Positions 36,506 through 48,976 of a stretch of 64,000 bases of DNA are shown one piece after another. Under the pieces are notes generated by a model. The model searched no databases. It had not been told where the DNA came from and saw only the letters and a program-made list of their open reading frames with translations. A program made the translations under genes and the position numbers. Positions within the stretch are counted from its first letter, which is position 1. Every line of letters begins with the position of its first letter. Origin of the DNA: Raja brachyura (lineage: Eukaryota); contig OY740784.1 in assembly GCA_963514005.1 (NCBI GenBank), forward strand, positions 81,716,001 to 81,780,000, given 5' to 3'.

Positions 36506-37387
36506 CCTCGTTGGGAAAAAGCAATACCCACATGATCCTTCTTTGAATGGGAAAATGGGTCACAACTAATCAATGGGAAATTTTCCAAGGTGAACATTTC
36601 TTCTGGTAAAGGCTAGCAAATCATTTTATTTTGATAAATCAATGTATTTAAGTGGCATTCACTTGCAAAACTATTATATTGATCATTCTGCTCAAAAGGT
36701 GCAACTTAGCAATCACCAGGGAAAGTTTAATCTGCACAACCACCATTTGCAGTGGGGAATCTTCAATGGCATTAATTAAGGATAATATGATAGCAATTGA
36801 TATGTGAGCATGCAAAGAGGTCGTTGACCTGATTGAAAGGTTCAGACCAAGCCGCAGGCCCCAACGATCAATTTAGACAACTGCCTTGCAGTCATTTATA
36901 CTTTTATATTATATGGTATAAATTATTCATTTTTGTGTATCTTAATATCAGGAACTGATTGTCAAGTATTTATTGACTATATCTGCACTTTAAGTCATTG
37001 GCAAAGCCAAGAAATAAATGATTATTGTGTGCTAACTATGTATATTGATAACTCATTTCCAACTGAATATGTAATCCTATCCATGATTGTTGTCTTTTGG
37101 GACTATTTGACTAGCAGCCCAGTGAAAAGAACGGGGCCCTTTTAATGCTGAGAATTTGAAGAAAACAGTTCTATTTTTTAATAAATTAAACCGAGACAAA
37201 AGACGATTAAAATGTTGGTGCTGCTGCTGTTGCCTGAAAGGCTGCATATAATAAGCAATGTCTCAGTGAACTCCTCACACCCTTTGCATTGGCAAGTTTC
37301 CGATCCAGGCTGCTCATCAGATTTAATTAGCAGCCATCTAGTCTGCTGAACAGAGAGTAATATAAACAGAGAAAAAAAAAGAATGGC

Positions 37388-37735
37388 TTGCTTTTATATG
37401 ACACCTCTTGTGACCCGAGGACATCCCAAAGCACCCTGCGGCCGATGAACAATGCTCAAGCCGAGCAAGTCACTGTTGTAATGTGGGAAACACACAACAG
37501 CCAAATCATAGAGAACAAGCTCCCCGATGCAGCAATATGATAATAACCAGATAATCCGCTGTTTGCATTGTTGACTGGAATATATCTTGGCCACAACAAT
37601 GGGGTGTCCCCTGATCGCCTGCAGGCAGGGCCTCAGTTTAACCTTGCACTAGCAAAGCAGCACCTCGGGCAGTGTAATGGCCCCTCCCTCAGTGTTGCAG
37701 TGGGAGTGTCAACCTGAATAACCACACTCGGTTCT
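37388..37735 (-). mobile_element. Ancient Deu-domain SINE (SacSINE1/AmnSINE-like)
   Basis: GGACATCCCAAAGC (L2-type tail) ... CAGCACCTC..CCCTCAGTGTTGCAGTGGGAGTGTCAACCTG. Confidence 0.7.
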
Positions 37736-38127
37736 CTTGAATGAACACAGAGACCGGCTCTGCCCATTCATATCACCAAGTGCTGGAGTAACACAGTGGG
37801 TCAGGCAGCATATTTATCCGTTGCAAAGGGTTGTCAAACCTGAGCGCAGGAGTCCATGATCCCGATCGGCCATGCGGTCATGGTAGTGCCAGCATCTCCA
37901 CATTACAAATTGTCCCAAAACCTTAATTAACTGGTAGTCATCCCAGTCCAGATGAGGAGCCTTGACATGAATGTTGATGATCCATTTCCCTCTGCAGAAT
38001 TCCTCCTGCAGTTCTCCTTTCTATGCGCCAGTTAACCAGTGGTAGGATTTCTAGTATTCTTTCAGAAATTATACTTACAACAATGCAGCAGAAGGCCATG
38101 CAGCCCATTGTATGCGTCGGCTCTCAA

Positions 38128-38460
38128 TAGACAATAGGTGCAGGAGTAGGCCATTCGGCCCTTCGAGCCAGCACCACCATTCAATGTGATCATGGCTGAT
38201 CATCCCCAATCAGTACCCCGTTCCTGCCTTCTCCTCATATCCCCTGACTATCTTTAAGAACCCTATCTAGCTCTCTCTTGAATGTATCCAGAGAACCGGC
38301 CTCCATCGCCCTCCGAGGCAGAGAATTCCACAGATTCACAACTCTCTCTGTGAAAAAGTGTTTCCTCATCTCCGTTCTAAATGGCTTACCCCTTATTCTT
38401 AAACTGTGTTTCCTGGTTCTGGACTCTCCCAACATCGGGAACATGTTACCTGACTCTAGC
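38128..38460 (-). mobile_element. CR1 3' end abutting the truncated DIRS
   Basis: ORF 38235-38513 ..ESRTRKHSLRIRGKPFRTEMRKHFFTERVVNLWNSLP. Confidence 0.92.
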
Positions 38461-38605
38461 ATCAGGTAACACACTGCATCAGTTGACCAAGGAGGAATGA
38501 AATCATAATGCATTCAGACATGACATAGATTTAAAGCATGCTGATTCTTTTATTAAACAAAATGGTATATATGAAATAATAATGACCCCTCATATCCGGG
38601 GTAAA

Positions 38606-39540
38606 TTATAAAACAGAACTTAAAATTGAATTAGCGAACACCCCCGGCCTGGCAATGGGTTTGTTATAAAACGTTTGGAAAGTTCTCTCGTTTGACCATC
38701 CTGCCGCCGCGAGGATGTGGTCCAGTGGAACCTCCAAAATCGTCACTGCTGATGTTGTTGCAGCCCTGGGGGAGTGAGATTTAAAAATATCAGTGTCCAC
38801 ACCTGCACAAGCTAAAACCTGTCTTAACCACCTCGAGATGGTCTGCACTGACACCCTCTTGCGAGGTTTTTTGTAACTAACAAACACTGCTAGTTCAGTG
38901 CCTCTGAGGCTTTTTGTGACCTTAATGTATTGTTGTAAATGTGTGACCACACACAACCGAAGGTCCACGGGGTATGCCATCAACTCCAATTTGAGACCTG
39001 ATGCCCCTGGTCTGCTCTGCTTGACTAAATCATGAACATAAAAAGTTATTTTATTGGCAGATGTCACCATTGTGTCCAGTCGCAGTTTATGCAATGACTG
39101 GACCCATTGCGCCGAAACCAGCGCCATGAGCATAAACACTTTAAAAGTCAGTTTGATCAGTAGCTGGAGCCCTCCACCGAAGCAGCGTCAGTACAATGTT
39201 CACATCCCATATCTCCGAGTACCTTGACCTGGGGGGATTGGTGTTGAAGACACCCTTCATGAACCTGGATATCAGCGGGTGAGAGCCGACAGCATGGCAT
39301 CCCGATCCCAGCAACAAGTATGACAACAATGCACTCCTGGCACAATTAATGGCACTGTAACTCAATCTTTCATCAAAAAATAGACTGGACAGAAATTCCA
39401 AGACATCCGTAACTCGTGCCGTGTCATACGTGATGTTGGACTGCGAACAGAATGTTTCCCATCTCTTAATATAGGAGATGTACTGCTTTTTGGTGGTATC
39501 TCTCCAAGCCGCAGTGATCACGTCCACAGTTCGATCCGAC
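38606..39540 (-). pseudogene. DIRS tyrosine recombinase (frameshifted)
   Basis: ORFs 39141-39527 (AWRDTTKKQY..RSAL..HPLISRFMKG..WDV) and 38606-39139 (HSPRAA..AAGWSNERTFQTFY); the usual SAQR Arg reads SAQW. Confidence 0.93.
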
Positions 39541-39741
39541 AGTACGAGCCCCAGGAAAGGTCTCCTCAGTGTCTGAAAATCAACAAATTTATTTGGTCAT
39601 GTAATGGGTGGCTCTCCCCTGTTACGGGATTAACCAGCAGATTATGGGGGAGAGCCACCCATTACATACCGAATATATTATGAAACAGCAGATTACTGCA
39701 TATGGGAATGGCCATAAAAGGCTCTGAGATCATTCCCAGAA

Positions 39742-40071
39742 TCAATGGGAACATGGCTGTGTAGGCCAGTCAGGCACTACCAAAATGCCTGACTCGGAGT
39801 CTTGTTGGATCTTTTGCAAGACCCGACTGATGAGGCAAAAAGGAGGAAATGCATAGAAAAACATTCCTCCCCAGAGTAGCGAGAATGCATCCATCGCCAC
39901 TGCCCCTGGGTCTGGCAGCCATGCAACATACTTTGGCAATTGGAGATTATGCCTGGATGCGAATAAATCAATATCCGGCATTCCATACCGATCAACAATG
40001 TCAGTGAACACATTGTGGTCCAACATCCATTCGGTGTTATCATTAAATATCCGTGACCTGGTGTCTGCCAC
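39742..40071 (-). pseudogene. DIRS DNA N6-adenine methyltransferase-like domain
   Basis: EWML..DIDLFASRHN..Y..PDPGAVAMDAFSLLW..YAFPPF..VVPDWPTQP. Confidence 0.9.
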
Positions 40072-41605
40072 TATATTGAGCCTACCTGGCAGGTAGGTAG
40101 CTGAAATCCAAATGCTTCTTACAATACACCAGTGCTAAATAAGGTTAGCCAAATTATCGCAGGATACTGACTTGATTCCATCCATGTGATTAATATATGT
40201 CACCGCTGTTGTGTTGTGAATCAGAAGTTGAACATGTAGATGATGTATATTCACACAATAAGCCTTCATCCCATAGAATGCTTCCAACATCTCTAAATAA
40301 TTGATACCACGTGACTGAAGAAATTATGACTCATGCACATCCCATCTGCCACTGCAACTAGAGATGGTATTAGTAGCTCCGCATACTTGAGCGCTAGCAT
40401 CAGTTTGTAATATAACTGAAGGCTTGCTGACTAAAATAGTATTGGAGCAATGCCGAATATTGGTCATCCATCATTGTAATTCAGAAATAGCATCGTTTGG
40501 TAGCCGCATAGATCTGTTAAAAAGACCTGCATGATATTTGAGTGCTTGCTCCTTTGCACGTTGTAAATTCTGATAATACAAAGGCCCAAAATGTGCAGCT
40601 GGAAAGGCAGCCACTAATTTGCCAATTACCCATGCCACCTGTCGAATAGACGGTTGCTTAACAACAACAAGGTTGTTACAGGCTTCTATTAATTCTAATC
40701 TCTTGCCCCAGGGCAGAGTCACAGACATGTGAACAGAGTTAATAGTAAACCCTAAATGATCAACAACTGTGGATGGTATCAACTTAGATTTATCTGGATG
40801 GATGAGAAACCCCAATCTCTCAAACAAGAGTTTAGTGGCTGAAACAGCTAATTTCGCTATTTTCAGAGTTTTTTTGAGAGATAATTAGGATATCGTCCAA
40901 GTATGCCATAACAATATGTTTTTGAGCTCTGAGAAGCGCGTGCCGGTTTTAGTAATTTGGTAAATAATCTGGGGGCTGATGTTAACCCATTAGCCTAATG
41001 GGTTAACATCCAGTTAAACTTCAAATACCTCCGGTGATCCCTGTGAATGGGTACCGAATAGAATGCATCTTTGAGATTGATCCTTTGGAAATCAGTTGTT
41101 TGGCAGTAATGAAGGTTTCCATTTTAAAATGTCTATACTGCACAAAAGCGTTAAGCTGAGTCAAATCAAGGATGATACGGCATCCTCCATCTTTCTTTTG
41201 TCTTGTAAATATATTCAAAACAAATTCGTGACGTTCATGAATCGACCTCTCAATTACCCCTTTTGAATGTAACTTTTGAATTTCTGCCTGCACATCCAAA
41301 CCTTCCTGTTGTGAATGAACAAACGTCCTGTTTGGTGCATGCTGTGTGGGTGGCAATGAATTGGGAAGGAACTCGATTTGGAACCCCTGTATACTGTGCA
41401 GTATAAACAGATCTGACATTATCCAACTAATTTCATTCAAAAACAAGTGTAATCTCCCACCAACTTGTAAACGGTCCACACACCCCATGTTCCGGAAGTA
41501 ACCAGACCCACCTATCTCCATGGTTACCGGTGGTTTTGTGGTTTTTATTTCCGCCCCCGTTTGGGGGGTAGGGGTGCTGAAATGCGCGAATGGCGCATCT
41601 TCCAA
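40072..41605 (-). pseudogene. DIRS reverse transcriptase and RNase H (multiple frameshifts and stops)
   Basis: VGGRL..KKDGGCRIILDLTQLN..HFKME; HIVMAYLDDI at ~40890-40920; LGFLIHPDKS..LGFTINS; RNase H TDAS, INYLE, HNTTAV. Confidence 0.93.
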
Positions 41606-41864
41606 GAGGGCCGGCCTAGGCCTTGGCCTAAAAAAGACTTTTGCCCAGAATATACGGCCTTCGAGCTTTCACCAGCTTCAGCGAACTGCTTTCTGTTGGT
41701 GGATGTGTAGGGGTGCTGCCGCCTGGCTTTGCTGGTCGACGGTGCCTTTATCAGCCCGACAGCTTTCGCTTCTTCATCGAGGTCCTTGGCCTGTTTTGGC
41801 AGGTTTTTGGCGGCTGAACGTTACTGGCTCTGCACAACCCCGCAAATTTGGGGTTCAGGGCAGG

Positions 41865-42749
41865 TCAGATGGCACTTTTGCGAAAGCAATTGATTTCAAA
41901 ACGTGCGTTGCACATTAATGCCAGGGCATCCTGTTGTACATCCGACAATGGACCCCCATCCATGGACCTGGCAAACACCGTTATGCGTGAGGCCAGAAAT
42001 TTGAGGATTCTCGGGAGCTTTACTTCCTGGGCCTTGATGCCCTCTCCAACATATCTCCAAATCGAGTTGTTCACTGCCGGTACCCCTAGCGAAGCACAAT
42101 TCCCAGGTACATTGTATTTGGCAGATGTATCTATCATTACCTGCTCCTGCAGCTGGTGGGAGGTGAGGTAGTTGATGCTTGCAGCAAGTTCCTCCTGTAG
42201 CGGCTTCCCTGTTTGCGAGGGTATCGCAAATTTAGAAGCTGTGGCAGGCAAATCCTGTGCTTCGTGCACCCCATGCATACTGGTATGCTCCTCAGCCATA
42301 CCACCGAATTCGGAGTCAGCCCAGTACTGACTCCGTATGCTCCCCTCCTCAGAGAGGGAGACATTGTGCAGCCCTGAACCAGGCGCCGCCGAGGGCCCCC
42401 GAGGAGACCCGCGCTGATATAACTTAGTTCGTTGGAGCATATCATGATGGAGCATCCTTTCCATCAGGTGCTCCATCTGGGATAAACGTCCGAGGACGCT
42501 ATCCATTGTAGGAGAGGAACCCTCCTGACCTGACTCGTCCAAGTCCACAGGCCTATCCGACTTTCTCTTGGCTTTACCCCCTTTCTGGGGAACCATAGTG
42601 CTCTCAACAGGCACTAAGTCGGAAGCCGCTGACCGCACCGTCAGCGACTCGGGTGGCGAAATCGATGGCTGCCGGCTACCCGCACAACCGCGGTCCTCCG
42701 TAGCCGGTTTCCCCGCGGCCCGTTTAGACTTCGCCCTGGACTTATCCAT
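41865..42749 (-). pseudogene. DIRS gag-like ORF1 (N-terminal 294 aa, then frameshifted)
   Basis: Position upstream of RT; strong Kozak CACCATGG; PGNC..VPAVNNSIW..DALALM motifs. Confidence 0.75.
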
Positions 42750-42947
42750 GGTGATCGGAAAATCGGAAATTGCAGAACAAAAACCGACCTCAAAATAAGT
42801 GCAAACTTACCTTTAGGGCCTTTTAAATTTACCGCTAGAGGAACAACGCACCTCCCAGCCAGTCATGCGCCATGCGTTAGATGATAATGACGCGCATGCG
42901 TGCTGGCACGCTCTTCACGTAGTCACTCATGTGACTCCGAAGTAAAA

Positions 42948-43212
42948 TTCCTTCCGCATCTCACCTTTCACATCGATCCCTATTACACTTGGCCATACTC
43001 TCCTATCCCTTTGTGAGCTTCCTTTCCCGTTAATTCTGGGGTCATTAACCATCCCTTTACTCTCTTTCCCTTTAACTCCGTCCTCGACTATCCCATTTGA
43101 CACCCCACCCTCCTTATTCAGTTTAAAACCACCCGTGTAGCAGTGGCAAACCTGCCTGCCAGAATGCTGGTCCCCTATCTGTTAAGATGCAATCCATCCC
43201 TTTTGTACAGTT
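42948..43212 (-). mobile_element. CR1 ORF1 (SGNH esterase) C-terminus and inter-ORF region
   Basis: Minus-strand translation LYKRDGLHLNR*GTSILAGRFATATRVVLN*. Confidence 0.8.
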
Positions 43213-43681
43213 ACTGGAGCTGTGAGGCAGCAACAGTAACTTCTCTTTTGACTGTGGCCAGTCACACACGATCACCTTCATCATAGGATCAACACTGTTG
43301 CTGAATATAGGAGCAGACTCAATGGGCTGAATGTCCTAATTCTGCTCCTATGTCTTATGGTCTTATGACCTTATGGTCTTTCACTTGAACCTGAACTATC
43401 AAGGATGAGCTGCCCGCCATTATCATCAAAGTGGTGTGCCAGAATGAGTAACAAATAATTGCCTCAGCAGCAGCACAAAATCCAAAGAAAGTAAGAAATT
43501 GCTCTTATATCTACACTAACCCAAGTTCATGAAATTCCAAATTTAATCCATGCTTGGAGTTCTGCCATATAATGAGGAGCCTTCTTAGGGCAGCTTGAAA
43601 TAAGTATCCATGTTATGTTAGCAAAACATACTGAAGTTTATAGAACATAAAACAGTGAACATAGAACAGTCCCAACTAATA

Positions 43682-44185
43682 TGAGGAACAGAACCTCATA
43701 TTCACCTCATGCATAGCTTACAACACAAAAGTACGTACATTGAATTATCTAATTTCAGGTAACCTCAAACAACCCCCTCCTTTTTTTCCTGCCACACCTC
43801 CCTTTCTTCCACCCTCGTCCCCCTCCCCTGTGCCCCACCTGAACTTGTGCTTATTTCTCCCATCCCCTTCTACAATCTCTACAATCATTTGTCTTACACC
43901 TTCTGTTTATTCCTCTCTGGCCTTTGTCCAACCGTCTGCCTATCAAACCCCACCCCTTGCCTGTGTTCATCTATTATCTGCCATGCTGCGACCTGCCCCT
44001 CCTCTCTTCCAGCTTTCTACCCCCCCTCCCCCCCACACCTCCCTCTTACAATCAATCTCAAGAAGAATCCTGACCCAAAACGTTACCTATTCTTGTTTTC
44101 CAGGGATGCTGCCTGACCCGCTGAGTTACTCCTGCACTTTGTGTCATCTTTTGTAGACCCGCATCCGCAGATCCTTTTTTCTACA
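43682..44185 (+). mobile_element. Penelope-like 3' fragment (GIY-YIG tail plus pLTR)
   Basis: GAGGAACAGAACCTCATATTC (EEQ.LIF), pyrimidine-rich UTR, then pLTR. Confidence 0.7.
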
Positions 44186-45904
44186 TAGAACAGTACAACT
44201 CAGGAACAAGCTCTTCAGCCCATGATGTCTGTGTGGCCATGATGCCAAATTAAACTAACATTTTGCTGGCACATATTCCATATCACTCCATTCCCTGCAG
44301 AACAAGCAGGCAATATAGGCATATGGAATTTGTGCAGGCAAAAGGTGTTTGTTAAAATGCCTCTTAAATGTCACTAATACATTCACTTCTATTACCACTT
44401 CTGGCAGCATGTTCTAGACACCTACCACACTGTGTAAAGAAATTGCCTCGAACATCTCCTTTAAACTTCTCCCCTCACCTTAAACACTGGTGTTTCATAT
44501 TTCAACCCTGGGTAAAAGACGCTGACTCTCTACCCGGTTTATGCCTTATTATTCAGATAATGTGGTGTATGTTGGTTGATCAGTAGACTTGTATCACACT
44601 ATGATTTCCATTCAGTTGATAAGGTAGGCCTCAGTTATTCGAAGACTGAAACAAATATGCAAAATTGTAATGAAAATTATCTTAAAAACAACACTTAAAA
44701 TAGGAAGTGAATGGGTTTGATGGGACATCTGTCCCACAGCTTGAGTGGGTACAGATGGCTCCAGCAGCTTTGGTGGTTGCTGCAGAACTGCAGAGCTAAT
44801 ATTGTTTCAGATTATTTTTTTTACATCTGTGCTTTTGTCGTCTACTGTGAATCCTATTGATTTTTGCCTCAAATTTTGTGTTTAGACAATAGACAATACT
44901 TGCAGGAGTAGGCCATTCGGCCCTTCGAGCCAGAAAGTTTATTTCACTTCACCGTGTTGGCCAGAGTGCGGAGGTTGCTCAGGTGGAAGTTTGAGCACCC
45001 GATGTTACCTAGGGCATGCAGCTAAGTAACAAGCTTCATACAGGAGTGATAACTGGCTCAATCTGATACCTGGCCATGTAATGTGACGTCAGAACAGATG
45101 ATCAAAAGTTAGGTCAATGGTGGAGATTTGAAAAAGGGAAAGATGCTACTTGCCTCTCTTCATCTCCTTTGATCCTGTCAGTGCCCATAAATCTAACAGT
45201 AACGCCACAAAGTACACTCAAAGACAAATCATCCAAGACTTCTGAAGTAGCGCATTACAAAGATTTGCAAGCGTCTGAATGGAGACATTTCTTGATTAGT
45301 ACGGGTGTCAGAGGTTAAGGGGAGAAGGCAGGAGATTGGGGTTAGGAGGGAGAGATAGATCAGCCATGATTGAATGGCAGAGTAGACTTGATGGAACGAA
45401 TGACCTAATTTTCTACTCCTATTCCTTATGACCTTATGGCATTTCTTCTTATCTCACCTTTATATTAAAATCTCCAATCCTAAGACTGTGCCTGAGCTAC
45501 TGGACCCTGCAGCTGAAGGCAATAGGTTCCGCGGGAACAAAAGGTAGTGATGAAAATGCATGCTTGAGCAAATTACATGGGAGTGGAGGTTGTGGATGAT
45601 AGATGGTGAGGGAGCATGGAAGTGGGTGCAAGACTGAGGAAGGATGCTAGCCAAAAGCTGGAGGCATTTCACATCCCTTGGGTAGTACTAATCAGAAGGT
45701 TGTTAAAGGGTACAACAAGATATAGATTAATTGTAAATATGGGTGGAGAAAGGCAGATGAAGTTTAATCTGGTCAAGTGTTGCATTTTGGAAGGTCAAAT
45801 GTAAGGGAAAACGTCAATTTCCAGAATAGTTTCTTCCCAATATCCATAAGAGTCTGAAATACCACACAATGCTAATCTCAACAACTTTGATTTTACACCA
45901 ATAT

Positions 45905-46135
45905 TAACACTATCCTACACACACTAGGGACAATTTACAATTATACCAAGCCAATTAGCCTACAAACCTGTATGTCTTTGGGATGTGGAAGGACACTGGA
46001 GATCCTGGGGAACACCAAACAGGTCACGGGGATAATGTACAAACTCCGTGCTGACAAGTACCTGTAGTCAGGATTGAACCGGGGTCTTTGGCGTTGTAAG
46101 ATTGCAACTCTACCGCTGCGCCACCATGCCGCCCA
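45905..46135 (-). mobile_element. V-SINE (HE1-like)
   Basis: Reverse-complement head GGGCGGCATGGTGGCGCAGCGGTAGAG and B-box. Confidence 0.88.
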
Positions 46136-47344
46136 GATGCTAGAATCTGATAAGTGAAAAAAGCAAAGAGTGCAACTTGATAAAGAAGGGATGATGGGCA
46201 GATGGAATCAAATGGGGGAGAGAAATATAATTCGACTTTGGATCCCTAAAAATTTGTAATATTTTTGGGTTAAACAAGGAAATTGTTTCTTGGCATCTGC
46301 AGTCCCGTGCCTAGCATGTCCGATCAAAGGGGGCTTGATGGCTGGCACAAACTTGAAGCTTTAAATGCCTGCTTTTACTATAACAGTATAGTGTGCTGTT
46401 TACAGTTTACTGTAATAGTCTAGTACAGTGTATACCTATCATAGTGGTGAGAGGTAGAATTCAGGAGGAGTTGATGGGAAAGTGGGATCTGTAATGCAAG
46501 TGGGTGTTTGGTGGTTGGCACAGACTCAGTGGGTGAAGTATTTGTATTTGTGCCATGTGACTCTGCAGCTCGAGCATAGAAAGGAATTCCAGGGAATGTA
46601 AAGGCTTTCACCTCCTTGCCTCTGGCAGTGGTTAGCCAATTATCTCAAGTCACCCACACTGAATTCTGATGCAGTGCCCCTGATATCATCACTTACACAG
46701 AAGCAAATGAATGGCACAGTTTGTGTGAAATCAGGAGATCATCGAGGAACGCACTGACACTCTCATTTAACTTAATGCAGGGAGTAGTTTGATGAGGTTA
46801 GCATATGCTGCTGGGTGATAATGAGATTTTGATTTTTGTTTGTTTGAAATTTAAACAAGTGGCAAAGCAGCCAGCAGCAGGACAGCTCAAGCTGCCAAAT
46901 ATTTAGGCTTGAAGCAAAGGGATTACCCATGACCCAATCTTCCTGATGCAGTATCTCAACCCTTCTCAACCCGAAACATCAGCAATTCCTTTCCCCTCAC
47001 AGATTCTGCTCGACCCACTGATTTCCTCCAGCAGATTGTTTATTGTTAGCACAAAATGCTGGAGTAACTCAGCAGGACAGGCAGAGTTACTCCAGCATTT
47101 TGTGTCGATCTTTGGTGTAAACCAGAATCTGCAGTTCCTTCCTACACAGATTGCTTATTGTTCCAGGTTCTGCTATCTAGTTTCTTGTCTCTCCTCAAAA
47201 CAAAGGGTTATGAGCTTCATCTGTACAGACCTCCACTGCAAATGCTCTGGCTGTTTGCCTGCATTGGAGAATGAAGCATTGCAGCACCAACTGAAGACCA
47301 CTATTGTGACAGGGAACTGAGGCCCTGGGGACAGTGAATCAGAT

Positions 47345-47970
47345 AGATATAACGGATTTTATACATCACAACAACCAGACATGGTTGAGAGCTTTAAGTT
47401 CCTCGGTGTTAATATTACCAATGATCAGATGTGGACCAACAACATTGACACAACAGCCAAGAAAATGTACATCAATGCCATTTGAGGAGAATGAGGAAAA
47501 TTGGCATGTTTACAGGGATTCTTACAAACCTCTACAAATGCAACATTGAAAACATAGTGTTGCATCAGAGTATAGTTTGGGAACAGTCTGCGCAAGACTG
47601 CAAAAAATTGCAGAGAGTTATAGATATGGCCAGTCCATCACACAGACAAAACTTCCCACCATTGACTCCATCGCCACTTAATGCTGCCCGGAAAAGATGC
47701 CGACGTAATCAAAGGCTTGTACCATTCCTTTTGCTCCCTGCTCCTGTCTGGCAGAAGGTACAGAAACATGAAAGTGTGCACCATAGAACTCAGGAACAGC
47801 TTCTTCCCCTCATTTATGAGGCTTCTGAACAGGCCTTCCATAAGCTAAGATACTGTCCAATTCACCTCTACCACAGAGGTTTAGATGGAACTGATACACT
47901 TCAATACTCTATTCTGCAATCTGTACCTTCCCTTTTGCTCTATCTACTGGACTTGAGTTTGACTTGTTAA
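47345..47970 (+). mobile_element. Rex1/Babar-type LINE 3' fragment
   Basis: MVESFKFLGVNI..LRRMRKIGM..LTNLYKCNIE. Confidence 0.8.
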
Positions 47971-48976
47971 GTTTAGTTTTGAAATACAGCACAGAATTTC
48001 TCATATGTTGCAAAACATACTTGGCTAATAAAGTATTATTGTGATTGTGATTGATTGTGAAATAGACCATACGGCCCACTGCGTCCGTGTAGACCTGCGA
48101 TCCCCATACACTAGCACTATCCTACAGACCAACGACAATTTACAATTTTTACCAAAGCCAATTAAACTACAAAACTGTATGTCTTTAGAGTGTTGGAAGA
48201 AACCGAAGCTCCCAGGGAAAAGTCACGGGGAGAGCACACAATCTCTGTACAGTTGACACGGTAGCGCAGCCGTAGAGTTGCTGCCTTATGGTGCCAGAGA
48301 CCTGGGTTTGATCCTGACCAGGGGTGCTCTATATGGAGTTTGTATGTTATTCCCGTGACCTGCGGGTTAATAAGTATCTGTGGAGTGAAATGAACTGTCG
48401 ACATTTCGGGTTGTGACCGTTCTTCAGACAGCTTCGCCCTCATCAGTTCTCGGACACTTCCTCCTACCTACCCCTCGACCATGATGCCACTGCCAAATGT
48501 CTGCTGCCCATTTCCATCCACAGATGTTGCCTGATCCACTGGGTTCCTCCAGCAGTTTGTATTTTATTCAAGGTTCTAGCATCTGCAGTCTCTTGTGTCT
48601 CCAATAAATGATTAACTGCAGTTTCAATGCCTATAATCACCTACTTAACTCTAACAATTTTATGTAAAAAGGTAACTTTACAGAATTACGTGTTTACAAT
48701 CTGATCCAGCTGAATTTTTGAATTGCTGACCCTTTCCGAATATTCAAATCAGTATGAGGGTTCTGTGCATAAAACTCTAGACACCGAAGATACATCTCTT
48801 TTGTTACAGTGGCTCCCCGAATGTACAAGCAACTAGAATCTTAAGTGACAACCAGATATGTCCTGAACAGTGCATTCTATGTGCGGAAGAGAAATGTCTT
48901 AATGTGTTATCACAGGAGGTGTGCACTTATTGTCTCCATGATCTTATCACGGGGAGGGGGAGTTAATGAAGAGTAA

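Larger units (their letters stand above)
38462..42947 (-). mobile_element. DIRS1-type tyrosine-recombinase retrotransposon, decayed and 3'-truncated
   Basis: Order gag - RT - RNase H - MT - YR on minus strand; 5' terminus TTTTACTTCGGAGTCAC; no right inverted LTR or ICR visible. Confidence 0.95.

Noticed and set aside
38606-40071. Integrase plus methyltransferase as a prophage or horizontal-transfer signal
   Set aside because: Both are standard DIRS1 domains, in canonical order with gag, RT and RNase H.
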